Below, piece by piece: positions 1-10,800 of a stretch of DNA of 41,843 nt. This stretch comes from a bacterium (GTDB lineage: Bacteria; Fidelibacterota; Marinisomatia; Marinisomatales; UBA1611). Position 1 is the first letter of the stretch; each line of letters opens with the position of its first letter. A program made the translations under genes and the position numbers. The stretch covers positions 1 through 41,843 of the forward strand of contig JABGWJ010000087.1 of the NCBI GenBank assembly GCA_018645565.1, read 5' to 3'. The notes below the pieces were generated by a model, which worked only from the letters and a program-made list of their open reading frames with translations, was not told the DNA's origin and ran no database searches.

Positions 1-52
1 AACGTAAACACGCTTTCCAAGCGTGCGCCTTAAGCCACTCGGCCACCTCTCC
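1..52 (-). tRNA. tRNA-Ser(GGA), 5' part; truncated by the window edge
   Basis: Reverse complement reads GGAGAGGTGGCCGAGTGGCTTAAGGCGCACGC-TTGGAAA-GCGTG-TTTACGTT. It shows a D-arm, anticodon stem CACGC/GCGTG, anticodon GGA (16-18) and the start of a long variable arm. Confidence 0.95.
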
Positions 53-81
53 AAAAAATTACTAGTAAAATTTAATAGAAT

Positions 82-112
82 AAAAAAACCCCAACTAAAT
101 GCTGGGGTCTTT
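82..112 (-). terminator. Intrinsic terminator after the 141-458 gene
   Basis: Minus strand ACCCCAGC-ATTTA-GTTGGGGT hairpin (one G-U pair) followed by a T run. Confidence 0.85.
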
Positions 113-140
113 AATCTTACTGCAAAGTTAATTTAACAGC

Positions 141-458
141 TTATTCTTCTTCACCCTTAGCATCAGGGACCGTTGCGACATCACTTTCATTATTGCTATC
201 AGCGACATCCTCTTTCTTGTCATCCTCATTAGATACAAAACCAGAAAGATCAATATCTACAAGATTGCTCGCTTCATCCATACGCTTCAGAGCAGCATTT
301 AAGTCTTCGCCTTCACGAACTTTAATCATTTGCTCATTAAATCTCCAGAAACCTGTTTTTTCAGATTTAACACTTTTTACATACTTAACCATTGTAGCAT
401 CAGCATCTCCACCTCTGCCACTTGCCTTATCAGCGAAACTCTTTTGTTTTTTAGCCAT
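141..458 (-). CDS. DUF4295-like small protein (ribosomal protein bL38-like) with an acidic C-terminal tail
   Basis: MAKKQ...VKYVKSVKSEKTGFWRFNEQMI resembles the DUF4295 pattern (MAKK...K.VKS.KTG.Y.F.E) as I recall it. AGGA SD upstream and its own terminator. Confidence 0.65.
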   Translation of the reverse strand: MAKKQKSFADKASGRGGDADATMVKYVKSVKSEKTGFWRFNEQMIKVREGEDLNAALKRMDEASNLVDIDLSGFVSNEDDKKEDVADSNNESDVATVPDAKGEEE

Positions 459-529
459 TTTATTATTATCCTAAAATTTTTACGCTGGCAAATTTAATTC
501 TTAAATTCAGGAAGTTCAATGGGTTAGAA

Positions 530-1585
530 TTATTTAGTTGCATTTTTATTTCGCTCTTTTTGCTGTCTCTTTTCTAATTTTGCTGAAGCTAATTTTCTCA
601 TATCAACAACACTATCATGCTCATCAACAATCTCAACTCCTAATAATGTCTCGATTGCATCCTCCAAAGATATTAGTCCAGTCGTTGTTCCAAACTCATC
701 TTCAACTATAAAAATTTGTTGCCGCCTTTTTACAAATTGATCTAAAATTGTTGATACGGAATCGGAGTCTTTAACCGTGTGGACTGGCTCCATTAGTGAA
801 CTCATCGTAACGTCAAACTTATCTTCAGCTTGTTTATTAACTAGATCATATCGATGAACAAAGCCAATTACTTGATCTAAGGAGTTTTTAAAAATAGGAA
901 TCCTAGAAAAAACCAGCGGCGAATATTTATTAACCACTTTGCCAACTGTATCTTCATCAGATAAACTAAAAATAACTGATCTCGGGGTCATTACCTCCTC
1001 AGCCAAAATATTATCCAATTTCATTAAATTTTCAATTATATCCCCTTCCTGACTATCAATAGCACCTTCATCTTCACTGAGCTCTGCCATGGCAATCAAT
1101 TCTGCTCTCGACGCCTTAGAATTATCTTGATTATCTCTACTCAAAAATTTTGATATTTTCTCTCCAAGGAAGACCATTGGGAAAACTAAAAATATTAAGA
1201 TCCTTATCATGTAAGCCGTAAAACCAACAAGCGACTTTGTATAATTTGCACCTAACGTTTTTGGAATAATCTCTGAAAAAAATAATATTGATAGCGTCAA
1301 TATAATAGAGGAAATAGCTACCCAGCTACTACCAAAAACTGAGTAAGTTTGTGCTCCGACACCAGCAGCACCGACTGTGTTCGCGATAGTGTTAAATGTG
1401 AGTATCGCTGAAAGTGGCCTGTTAATATTTTCTTTAAGAGAGAACATCAGCTTACCTCTCTTGCTACCTTCTTTTACTAAGACTGCAATATGAGCATGAG
1501 ATACGCTCAAAAGAACAGATTCAAGTAAAGAGCAAAGGAACGAAACCACAAGGGCTATAAAAAAATAGACTAACAGAGCTGTCAT
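530..1585 (-). CDS. CNNM/CorB (DUF21 + CBS pair) membrane protein, hemolysin/Mg2+ transporter family
   Basis: SFLCSLLESVLLS, NTIANTVGA, FSEIIPKTLG, VMTPR, FSRIPI, VEDEFG..GLISLEDAIETLLGVEIVDEHD. Confidence 0.9.
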   Translation of the reverse strand: MTALLVYFFIALVVSFLCSLLESVLLSVSHAHIAVLVKEGSKRGKLMFSLKENINRPLSAILTFNTIANTVGAAGVGAQTYSVFGSSWVAISSIILTLSILFFSEIIPKTLGANYTKSLVGFTAYMIRILIFLVFPMVFLGEKISKFLSRDNQDNSKASRAELIAMAELSEDEGAIDSQEGDIIENLMKLDNILAEEVMTPRSVIFSLSDEDTVGKVVNKYSPLVFSRIPIFKNSLDQVIGFVHRYDLVNKQAEDKFDVTMSSLMEPVHTVKDSDSVSTILDQFVKRRQQIFIVEDEFGTTTGLISLEDAIETLLGVEIVDEHDSVVDMRKLASAKLEKRQQKERNKNATK

Positions 1586-1629
1586 ATATGAATGAATTTA
1601 GTCTTGTTTTTCAAACAAACAAATCGAGT

Positions 1630-3270
1630 TCATTGAATCTGTATAACTTTACCATCGAATGGATAATCAGTTTTGATATTTAATAAATTTAAAATAGTTG
1701 GTGCAATGTCTACAGTTTCAGCTTGAACTTTAATTTCAGTTTTAGATCTACCTTCTTTAGCAAAAAGAAGAGGTACATGCGCATCATAATCATAAGGACT
1801 TCCATGGCTAGTGCCGTATGGATTTCTATATAAGTAACCAGGCTCAATAATAACAAATATATCAGCGCTTTTCTCAACATGAACCATATTTTTTAACCTT
1901 AGGCTAACGTTATCTGTTTTTTTTGAATTTATAATTTCTGTTTTAGAAAAAACAGCTTTTACACCTTCAACCATCCCTAAGTACTTTTTGATAATATTTT
2001 CCAAACCAGAAGCTTCTATGTTATTCTTTTTTAATTTATCATGAAAAAAATAATAATTCGTAAAATCCTTATAAAACAAATTTTCACCGTAATATTCAGA
2101 TATTTCATCATCAATCCAGTCATACGCTTCTCGTAAATTATCCCGGTTAATGCGACCACCAGTTAAGTTTAGTTGTGGCAAGAACTCGGGTAAAGGTAGA
2201 CCGCCGTGGTCAGAAGTCATAACAAACTCTACATGTTCTAACCCAATTCTATTATCGATATGAGAGATTAATTCATTCAATTGAATATCTAATCGAATTA
2301 AATAATCCATTGTTTCTTGCGAAAAAGGGCCATAATTATGAATAACATAGTCCATTGCTGAAAACCCAATAAAGAAGAGGTCTGGGTTGTTATCAAAACC
2401 AAGGTTTTCTCTATCAAGAATTAATTTAGATAGGTCCACTAGCTTATCATCAAACCAAGGTGTATTTAGAATTTCAGCACCAGGTTTTTTATCCTGATCA
2501 AAAGATATAGGGAAAACGGGCTTATAATTATTTGTTTTAATTTTTGTTTTGGTAATTGAATCATGATCCATATGATAAGAATCTACCTCGCCAGTAAAAT
2601 TATCTAATCGTGAATGCTTTAAGTAAAGACTATCAGGTAAAATTTTTGTCCATAATGAGTCTCTGTAAGTTTCAAACCTAAGCCTATTATTGAAATCATT
2701 TATATAGTTTGGTAATGTGTCATTATAATAATCAGACGTTATAAACCTATCAATATTATTATAATAAAGAACCAAATCAGCGTTTTGACCTCCCATCATT
2801 ACAGCAGATCTATCTTTTCCAGCAATGGAAATGACTTTTGATTTTGGATTATTGCTTTTGAGGACATCACCAATCATTTTATTATTATATCTAGTAAATG
2901 AACGAGCAAGGCCATCGCCTCCAACTGTTTTTGCTTTAACATCCTCGACGCAATTAACAACCTTCCCCAGAGCCCTATCATAATAACTGTTACCAAGGAC
3001 TCCTGCAGGCCCAGGATGTTTGCCACTTGCAATTGCAAAATGACCTGGCCCCGTTGCTGTATACCCATGCTGATGAAAAGTATTCTGGAAAGAGATACTA
3101 TTTTCAACTAGCCATTTAAAACCACCGCTGTACAAGTTTTTAAACCTTGAAAGATGATCCGGCCTCATCTGATCTGTAACTAAAAAGACGACTAACTTTG
3201 TTTTAGGTTTTGATGAGCATGAAATCGAAAAAAAACAAAAAACAAATAAGCAAAATAATTTTGATCTCAA
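1630..3270 (-). CDS. PafA-like alkaline phosphatase / NPP superfamily lipoprotein
   Basis: Lipobox-like SISC, TDQMR, TATGPGH (Thr nucleophile), KDRS, DYVIH, SDHG, SHGSPYDYDAHVP. TTG start overlaps the tyrS TGA. Confidence 0.85.
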   Translation of the reverse strand: MRSKLFCLFVFCFFSISCSSKPKTKLVVFLVTDQMRPDHLSRFKNLYSGGFKWLVENSISFQNTFHQHGYTATGPGHFAIASGKHPGPAGVLGNSYYDRALGKVVNCVEDVKAKTVGGDGLARSFTRYNNKMIGDVLKSNNPKSKVISIAGKDRSAVMMGGQNADLVLYYNNIDRFITSDYYNDTLPNYINDFNNRLRFETYRDSLWTKILPDSLYLKHSRLDNFTGEVDSYHMDHDSITKTKIKTNNYKPVFPISFDQDKKPGAEILNTPWFDDKLVDLSKLILDRENLGFDNNPDLFFIGFSAMDYVIHNYGPFSQETMDYLIRLDIQLNELISHIDNRIGLEHVEFVMTSDHGGLPLPEFLPQLNLTGGRINRDNLREAYDWIDDEISEYYGENLFYKDFTNYYFFHDKLKKNNIEASGLENIIKKYLGMVEGVKAVFSKTEIINSKKTDNVSLRLKNMVHVEKSADIFVIIEPGYLYRNPYGTSHGSPYDYDAHVPLLFAKEGRSKTEIKVQAETVDIAPTILNLLNIKTDYPFDGKVIQIQ

Positions 3271-4475
3271 TTAACCACCCTCAAGAATTTCCGCTTACCA
3301 ACTTTTAAAACAAAAGAATCACCCACTGACACTTTGTATTGAATGTCTTTTATAGCTTCGCCATCAATTTTCACCGCAGATTGCTTTATCATTCTTCGAG
3401 CCTCACTTTTACTTTTCAATAATCCCGAATCTGCTATTATGTTTACAAGAAGGTCCTCTTCCTTTAGTTGATATTCTTGAATTTCATCTGGCATTCCTTT
3501 TGACACTGTCACTTGGTTAAAGTGGTTTTCAGCATCTAATGCTATTTTTTCATCGTAATACAATGAGACAACCTTTCTGGCTAAGTCTCTCTTAAGCTCC
3601 ATTGGATTAACATTACTATTTTTAAGTTTTTGTTCTACAACTTCAATATATTGATTATCAGCATCAGCAGCTAAGGTGAACCACGATAGCATTACATTAT
3701 CTGGAATTGAAAGTGTTTTACCATACATGTCATTTGCAGAATCTGAGATACCAATATCATTACCATATGACTTTGACATCTTTTCGATACCATCTGTGCC
3801 TTCTAGTATCGGCATTGTTAATATACATTGTGGTTTTTGGCCTACATCTTTTTGCAAATTTCTGCCCATGAGTAGATTGAATTTTTGATCTGTACCACCT
3901 ATTTCAATGTCAGAAACTAATTCAACAGAGTCCTGCGCTTGAGCAAGGGGGTATAAGAATTCATGTAGAGATATAGAAACTTCTGAATTATATCTTTTAT
4001 TAAAGTCATCTCTTTCTAACATCCTTGCAACAGTTGTACAGCTAGAAAGTTTAATTACATCAGAAAAGCTCATTTTTCCTAACCATTCAGAATTATAACA
4101 GACTTTAAGCTTATCCATATCCAGAATAGCTTTTGCTTGGTTTAAATAAGTCTTCGCATTTTCCTTAGCCTCCTCTAAAGTCAATTGAGGCCTAGTTTTA
4201 TTTCTTCCAGTTGGGTCACCTATCATAGCAGTAAAATCACCAATGACTAAAACAGCTTTATGACCTAGGTCTTGAAAGTGTCTCAATTTTCTTAACACCA
4301 CACTGTGCCCTATATGAAGGTCTGGCCTACTTGGGTCACAGCCTAGTTTAGCTACCAAAGGCACTCCACTTTTAACGGAATTTTCGATTTTGCTTCGTAA
4401 TTCATTTTCTGGAACGATTTCCTCAGCACCTTTACTAATTAATTTATATTGTTCATCTACAGATAAAATATTCAT
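3267..4475 (-). CDS. tyrS: Tyrosine--tRNA ligase
   Basis: [24 protein letters not shown] and a C-terminal S4 domain ending VGKRKF. Confidence 0.97.
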   Translation of the reverse strand: MNILSVDEQYKLISKGAEEIVPENELRSKIENSVKSGVPLVAKLGCDPSRPDLHIGHSVVLRKLRHFQDLGHKAVLVIGDFTAMIGDPTGRNKTRPQLTLEEAKENAKTYLNQAKAILDMDKLKVCYNSEWLGKMSFSDVIKLSSCTTVARMLERDDFNKRYNSEVSISLHEFLYPLAQAQDSVELVSDIEIGGTDQKFNLLMGRNLQKDVGQKPQCILTMPILEGTDGIEKMSKSYGNDIGISDSANDMYGKTLSIPDNVMLSWFTLAADADNQYIEVVEQKLKNSNVNPMELKRDLARKVVSLYYDEKIALDAENHFNQVTVSKGMPDEIQEYQLKEEDLLVNIIADSGLLKSKSEARRMIKQSAVKIDGEAIKDIQYKVSVGDSFVLKVGKRKFLRVVN

Positions 4476-4927
4476 CTATTTCTCTTCATTTCTCTTTGCA
4501 TCACTTTTTCAACATCTCGTCTTTTTTTTGTTTCACGCTTATCAAATAACTTTTTACCTTTAGCTAATCCAATTTCTACTTTTAACCATCCTCTTTTGTT
4601 AAAATAAATCTTTAACGGCACAGCGGTAAGTCCTTTTTCAGCTAATTTTTGATTAATCTTTAAAATTTCATTTTTATGAAGCAATAAACGTCTTTTCCTG
4701 GTCAACTCATGACCTATAAATCCAGTATGACTATATGCACTAATATGCATTCCCCTAAGCCAGGCTTGCCCTTTTTTAATTAATACATAACTTTCCCTTA
4801 AACTAGCTTTACCTTCTCTTAGACTTTTAACTTCACTACCTAGTAGCTCAATTCCCGCTTCAAAGGTCTCCAATATTTGGAATTCATGGTATGCTTTTCT
4901 ATTATTCGAAACCGTGATTTTTTCCAT
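4472..4927 (-). CDS. smpB: SsrA-binding protein
   Basis: [43 protein letters not shown]. Confidence 0.97.
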   Translation of the reverse strand: MEKITVSNNRKAYHEFQILETFEAGIELLGSEVKSLREGKASLRESYVLIKKGQAWLRGMHISAYSHTGFIGHELTRKRRLLLHKNEILKINQKLAEKGLTAVPLKIYFNKRGWLKVEIGLAKGKKLFDKRETKKRRDVEKVMQREMKRNR

Positions 4928-4955
4928 AATATTAGGCTCGAGAAGCTACGTTCCA

Positions 4956-4972
4956 AGCAATAGCTCGTCCAA
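4956..4972 (-). promoter_or_regulatory. Candidate sigma54-type -24/-12 promoter upstream of smpB
   Basis: Minus strand TTGGACGAGCTATTGCT has the GG-N10-GC spacing but lacks the CAC of the TGGCAC consensus. Confidence 0.3.
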
Positions 4973-5084
4973 GTGTATTCATTGAGAGAAAACTGATAAA
5001 AATATTAATGTATATCTTCATGCAAAGGCATATTTAGTTAAACGTAAATTACACAGTCATTTTTAAAAAAAATCAATATAAATA

Positions 5085-6191
5085 ATGAAAATATTAATAG
5101 TTGAACCTTACTATACTGGTTCTCATAAACAATGGGCTGAGGGTTATAAGAAATACAGCAAACACAAAATTAAAATAATATCGATGAAAGGACAGTTTTG
5201 GAAATGGCGAATGCATGGTGGCGCAGTAACCTTAGCTAAATCTTATATCGAAATGAACTGGAGACCAGATGTAATATTTTGTTCTGATATGTTAGACCTT
5301 TCCACTTTTCTATCTTTGACTAGAAGAGAGACAAAGAATATTCCGGTAGCAATTTATTTTCATGAAAATCAAATATCATATCCTTGGTCACCAAACGATC
5401 GAGATGTGATTAACAAAAGAGACAACCATTATGGCTTTATAAATTTTACTTCTGCACTTTCTGCAGATAAAGTATTTTTTAATTCAAGTTTCCATATGAA
5501 TACTTTTCTTGATGACCTATCGCCATTTTTAAGGCATTTTCCTGATCATAATGAATTAGATACAATCAGAATCATTAAAGAAAAATCAAAAGTTTTACCA
5601 GTTGGACTTGAACTATCAAAATTTAATAATGTGAATGTTCAAAAAGATCAATACCCGGTTATACTATGGAATCATCGCTGGGAATATGACAAAAACCCTA
5701 ACCTTTTTTTCGACACGTTAATGAAATTAAAAGATAGTGGGTTATTTTTTAAATTAATAATAATCGGTGAATCATTTGGAAAAATTCCGGAGATATTTGA
5801 AAAAGCTAAAATTGAATTTGAGGAAAATATTTTAGAATGGGGATATTTGAAGACATTTAGCGAATATGCTCATTCACTGCATAGAGCTGATATTCTTCCT
5901 GTTACTTCAAATCAGGAGTTTTTTGGAGTTAGTGTAATGGAAGCAATTTATTGTGGCGTATGGCCTATTTTACCTGATAGACTCAGTTATAAAGAACTTT
6001 TTTCAGATGCAAATTATAAAGATAATTTTTATTCTGATGATTCACTTTTTTATGAAAAAATTAAACTTTCAATTTTAAATATTAAAGACATTAGAAGAGA
6101 ATCAATGAAAAACATTCCTAAAAAATATGATTGGAAAAATATTATAAAAGAGTACGATGAAGCTTTTGATGATTTAGCTAAAAATATTTAG
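5085..6191 (+). CDS. GT-B glycosyltransferase, DUF3524 / GTDC1 (QTMAN)-like
   Basis: EPYYTGSH, WKWRMHG, YFHENQISYP, FNSSFH, WNHRWEYDKNP and the GT4-type EFFGVSVMEA motif. Confidence 0.85.
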   Translation: MKILIVEPYYTGSHKQWAEGYKKYSKHKIKIISMKGQFWKWRMHGGAVTLAKSYIEMNWRPDVIFCSDMLDLSTFLSLTRRETKNIPVAIYFHENQISYPWSPNDRDVINKRDNHYGFINFTSALSADKVFFNSSFHMNTFLDDLSPFLRHFPDHNELDTIRIIKEKSKVLPVGLELSKFNNVNVQKDQYPVILWNHRWEYDKNPNLFFDTLMKLKDSGLFFKLIIIGESFGKIPEIFEKAKIEFEENILEWGYLKTFSEYAHSLHRADILPVTSNQEFFGVSVMEAIYCGVWPILPDRLSYKELFSDANYKDNFYSDDSLFYEKIKLSILNIKDIRRESMKNIPKKYDWKNIIKEYDEAFDDLAKNI

Positions 6192-6216
6192 TAAATAATT
6201 TATATAAACATCAACT

Positions 6217-7674
6217 TTATTTTTCTAACATATCAAGGACTAATCTAATACCAACACCCGTAGCACTGCCTTTAGGATTGATGCTTGAAGGCTTTGCTCC
6301 CCATGCTGTACCAGCAATATCAAAGTGAACCCATGGTATATCTTTTCCAACAAATTCTTTTAAAAATGCTCCAGCAGCTATTGAACCAGCCTGTCCTGCA
6401 GAACCCATATTTTTGACATCAGCAATATCACTCTTTATTTGTTTACAATATTCTGGCCATAAGGGTAATTCCCATACTTTTTCACCTGTAGATTTCGAAG
6501 ATTCTTTGACTTTTCGCATTAATTTTTCATCAGTGCCCATTACCCCAGTTGCAACGTGACCTAGTGTTACCACTACGGCTCCTGTTAAGGTGGCAAAATC
6601 AATAATAAATTCTGGGTCATAGTGTTTAGATGCATATGAGAGACCATCTGCAAGAATCAATCTTCCTTCTGCATCTGTATTTAAAACTTCAATGGTCTTA
6701 CCATTGTAAGCTGTAAGGATATCACCAGGCTTAAAAGCTTTAGCACCAACGAGGTTTTCTGTGGAGGGAATAATTCCGACGACGTTTATTTTCGGTTTTA
6801 AAATAGATAAAGCGTGTAGAACACCTAGAACCACAGTTGAACCGCACATATCATATTTCATTTCATCCATTTTTGAGGCGGGCTTAATTGAGATTCCTCC
6901 AGAATCAAATGTTAATCCTTTTCCTACAAGAACTTTTGGTTTTTCATCACCTCCATTATTGTATTCAACAACAATAAATTTTGGTGGTTCATCTGTTCCT
7001 TGAGCAACGCCTGCTAAACCGCCCATACCCATTTCGGTAAACTCTTCTCTATCAAAAACTTTTAATGTCATTTCATCTATTTTTGAAATTTCTTCAGCTG
7101 CATTTGCAAGATAAGTTGGTGTAGAAATATTCCCCGGATGATTTCCTAAATCTCTCGCAAAGCAAATTGCATTACCGATTGCAACACCTTTATTTAAGCC
7201 TTGATCATTACAACCATTTATGGCGACCTCTTCGACGACGAAAGAATCAATTGAATTTGTTTTATATTCAATAAATTGATAACTACCCAAGACTGCGCCC
7301 TCACCCATTGCTTGGCAGCTATCTAATTCAGAACAAAAACAGTCGACTGTAACAGTTTTTGCTTTTTTTGTAATTGCCGCTCTAATTGCTGAGCCTGTTG
7401 CTAGCCTTACAACTTCTGAAGTTACTTTTTCTTTATCACCCAGCCCTATCAAAGCAAATCTTCTTTTATTATAATAAAAGAAGTTCACCTCACCAATTTT
7501 TCCTTTTACATCCCCAACATCAACACCACTTTTAATAATATTTTTCAAATCTTGAGTAAGGTCACTTCCTCCTGGAGTAAATGATCTATCTTTGTAAACT
7601 CCAATACATATTAAATCGCTTTTAAGTTCCATCAACGGAGTATTTACTGTTTTTACGTTTTGAATGTGAGACAT
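6217..7674 (-). CDS. pepA: Leucyl aminopeptidase (M17)
   Basis: VGKGLTFDSGG, MKYDMCG, NTDAEGRL, ATLTGA, HFDIAG. AAGGA SD upstream. Confidence 0.96.
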   Translation of the reverse strand: MSHIQNVKTVNTPLMELKSDLICIGVYKDRSFTPGGSDLTQDLKNIIKSGVDVGDVKGKIGEVNFFYYNKRRFALIGLGDKEKVTSEVVRLATGSAIRAAITKKAKTVTVDCFCSELDSCQAMGEGAVLGSYQFIEYKTNSIDSFVVEEVAINGCNDQGLNKGVAIGNAICFARDLGNHPGNISTPTYLANAAEEISKIDEMTLKVFDREEFTEMGMGGLAGVAQGTDEPPKFIVVEYNNGGDEKPKVLVGKGLTFDSGGISIKPASKMDEMKYDMCGSTVVLGVLHALSILKPKINVVGIIPSTENLVGAKAFKPGDILTAYNGKTIEVLNTDAEGRLILADGLSYASKHYDPEFIIDFATLTGAVVVTLGHVATGVMGTDEKLMRKVKESSKSTGEKVWELPLWPEYCKQIKSDIADVKNMGSAGQAGSIAAGAFLKEFVGKDIPWVHFDIAGTAWGAKPSSINPKGSATGVGIRLVLDMLEK

Positions 7675-7808
7675 TTGGTTTCCTTTTTATTCTTTTAATG
7701 ACAATTTTAATATCAAAATTACTATTTGTAATTTTCCTATACAAACATACAGTATGCATAAAAAATCTAGCTTATAAAAGGTTACATGATTTTGCTTCCA
7801 TATAAATA

Positions 7809-10800
7809 ATGTCGATAATAAAAATAAAAAAAGAAGAAGTCTCTCCAATCATCTTATTGATGATGATGTTTTTTTGTATTGTAGGATCAAGTATTACGGG
7901 TGCTAGTGCAAGAGACACATTTTTTCTGACACAATTTGACAGATCCTTACTGCCTTTGATGTTTGCATTGGTTGCAGGATTAATGGTAGTGGCAATCTCT
8001 ATTTATAACAAAATAACATCAAATCTTGATTTGGTAAAGACAATTATCTTTTCATCAGTTTTCTTTTGTATAACCCTTTTTATTATAAGATTTAAATTAA
8101 ATGGTTTTGTCATTCCGCTATTTTATGCTTGGACCGATGTAATCATATCTATTACAATTTTTCAATTCTGGTTGCTTGCTAGCGAAATATTCAATCCTCG
8201 CCAAGCCAAACGTCTCTTTAGCGTTATCGGAATTGGAGGATCAGTCGCTGGAATTAGTGCCGGGTACTTAATGAGACCTTTCGTATTACAGTTTGGTGCT
8301 GAAAATTTATTAATACCTACTATTATATTTATTGCTTTAATAGGCGTTTTCGCAGCTTTCCTAAACCCATTCAGGGCAAAAAAAGAAAATGACATTAAAG
8401 AAAAGACAAATAATAAAACCTCTAAAAATGTTTTTGATCCTTATTTAAAATCAATTTTAGTGATGGTATGTGCCGCAGCTATTTGTTCGAGAATAATAGA
8501 GTATCAATTTAAAATTACAGCTGCTACCACTTATTCATCGTCAGCTGAGCTTGCATCTTTTTTTGGCGAATACTATATGTACTTAAATGGAACAACATTA
8601 ATAATGCAACTTTTTCTTACAGGTTTTATTTTACAAAGGTTCGGGATCTTAGGGGGACTAATTATTATGCCTCTCGGACTAGTAGTAGGCTCAATGTCTT
8701 TTTTAGCTCTGGCAAACCTATCGAGTATTTTTATGGCTCGCCTTTTTGATCAGGCTTTTAAATTTTCTATTCAAAGTGCTTCAAATGAAATGTTATGGAC
8801 TACCATACCAAAAAATAAGGCGCGGCGCGCAAAACCAATTATTGATTCATCAATAAAATCTATAGCAGAAGGCATAATTGGTTTAATCATTTATATAATT
8901 ATAGCAAATAGATTTTTAGAAGACACACAAATATATCTACTCAGTTTTCCTGTGATAATCGTAATAATATTATGGCTATTAAATAATTTAAGAATTAAAA
9001 GAAATTATATTTCATCAATTGAACAGGCAATAAATCGTCGTCATCTCAATTTAAAAGATATTCAATTTGATGTAACAGATAGTCATATTATCAGTACAAT
9101 TGATAAGGCTCTTAAATCTGGTGATTTTAATAAGCAATCATTCGCACTAGATTTGGTAAAAAACATGAAATGTGAGATGTGGAGCGAAACTTTAAATAAT
9201 TTATTAGATTCAAAAAATAAAGATTTACAGAAACAAATAATGCTACTTGCTCTAGAAAGGAACAATTGTCTTGATAATAAAATACTGATTAAATTATCTG
9301 AACAAGTTGATGAAGTTGGCGCATTAGCAATTACATTACTTCCTGATATATTCATTCAGAATAATATTAATTTATTTTTGAAAAATATTAACTCTACTGA
9401 TGCACACATTTCAGCAGCCTCATCGGTAGTGATGCTAAAGCAAAATCCTAAGGATTTAAAAGCCAGAAAAAAATTAAATGAATTTCTTGATGTCAAGAAT
9501 GAAAAAACAACTGCTCTAGCGTTAAATTATTTAAGAAACTCAAGCGAACTGCTACCTAAAAACATATTAAATAATTTATTACATCATCCTTCATTAGAAA
9601 TAAGTAAATCGGCACTGAATGTAGCCGGCAATCGTCTTAATAACTTTTATCTTCCAGCAATCATATCAAATTTAGAAAATATAAAATGCACTTTAAAAAC
9701 AAGAAAAATTCTCAAACTTTATAATTATAAAATTGTTATCAGACATCTAGAAGAGCAATTAAGTTTAAACAAAGATAATAAAAATTTAAAAAAAGGGATT
9801 ATGCGCTGTTTAGCAGGTTACGCAGATGATCGAGTAATTCAAATAATTAAAAGACATTTAAAAGTAAATAATATCAATATTTCTATTATTTGCTCAGAAT
9901 CATTATTAAAAATTGCAAAAAACAGATCAAAAACATTTTCTTTTGAGGATTATTTTTTTGATACTATTAAAAATTTTACGCATCAATATTTTAAACTTCA
10001 TTGCTTTCGAATTTCATTAGCGGATAATAAAAGCACATTTTTTATCAAAGATCAGATAGATTATGAAATGAGGAGATACCTATACATAATTTTAAAGGTT
10101 GTTACTCTTAAAATTCCAAACTCTCCAATAGATTCTCATATTAAAAATATTATTGAGAACAATGATAAGGACTTACCATATATACTAGAGTTTCTTGAGA
10201 CTTCATTTAGTAAAAAAACATTAAATCTATTGATGCCAATGATTGATCCAGAAAATAACTATAAAAATGAAAAAATTCAGAATCAACTAAGTAATAATCC
10301 TTTAAATAGTTGGATAAAAAACTGGTCAGAATCTGATAAAAATTGGAAATCAGCAATAAGTATAGATTATTGTCTAAAACATGATAAAGAAATAATTAAT
10401 AACATTGATTGGTCTAAGGTTGTATCCAACCCTATTCTTTCGCAGGTTTTAGAAAACTGCGATAATAAGGGGACATCTATTCCATTAGAAAAGTTCCAAA
10501 ACAAGACGGAGAAAACTATGTTTACAATTCTAGAAAAAACAATTTTGCTAAAAACTGTAGATCTTTTTCAAGATATACCTGGAGAATTATTGTCACAAGT
10601 TTCACAAATTTCTAAAGCGAAAAACTATGATAATGGTGAGACAATTTTTAGAGACGGAGATGTTGGAGATTCTATGTTCATAGTGCTTGAAGGTAAAATA
10701 TCAATAACTAAGGGCGATAAAGAGATAGCATTACTAGATAAAGGTGCCTCTCTTGGAGAAATGGCACTATTAGACAACGAAAATAGGTCTGCAAATGCAA

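Noticed and set aside
1-140. tRNA as an integration site for an island
   Set aside because: Only the 5' part of the tRNA is present, and there is no integrase or duplicated att sequence in the window.
193-474. Plus-strand 93-aa ORF, and the other short ORFs nested in tyrS, pepA, acs, trhO, alr, groEL, smc and similar genes
   Set aside because: These are antisense or off-frame shadows lying within well-supported genes, with no recognisable motifs.
4928-5084. tmRNA (ssrA) or T-box element near smpB-tyrS
   Set aside because: The region is too short for tmRNA, and I found no tRNA-like ends or T-box consensus.
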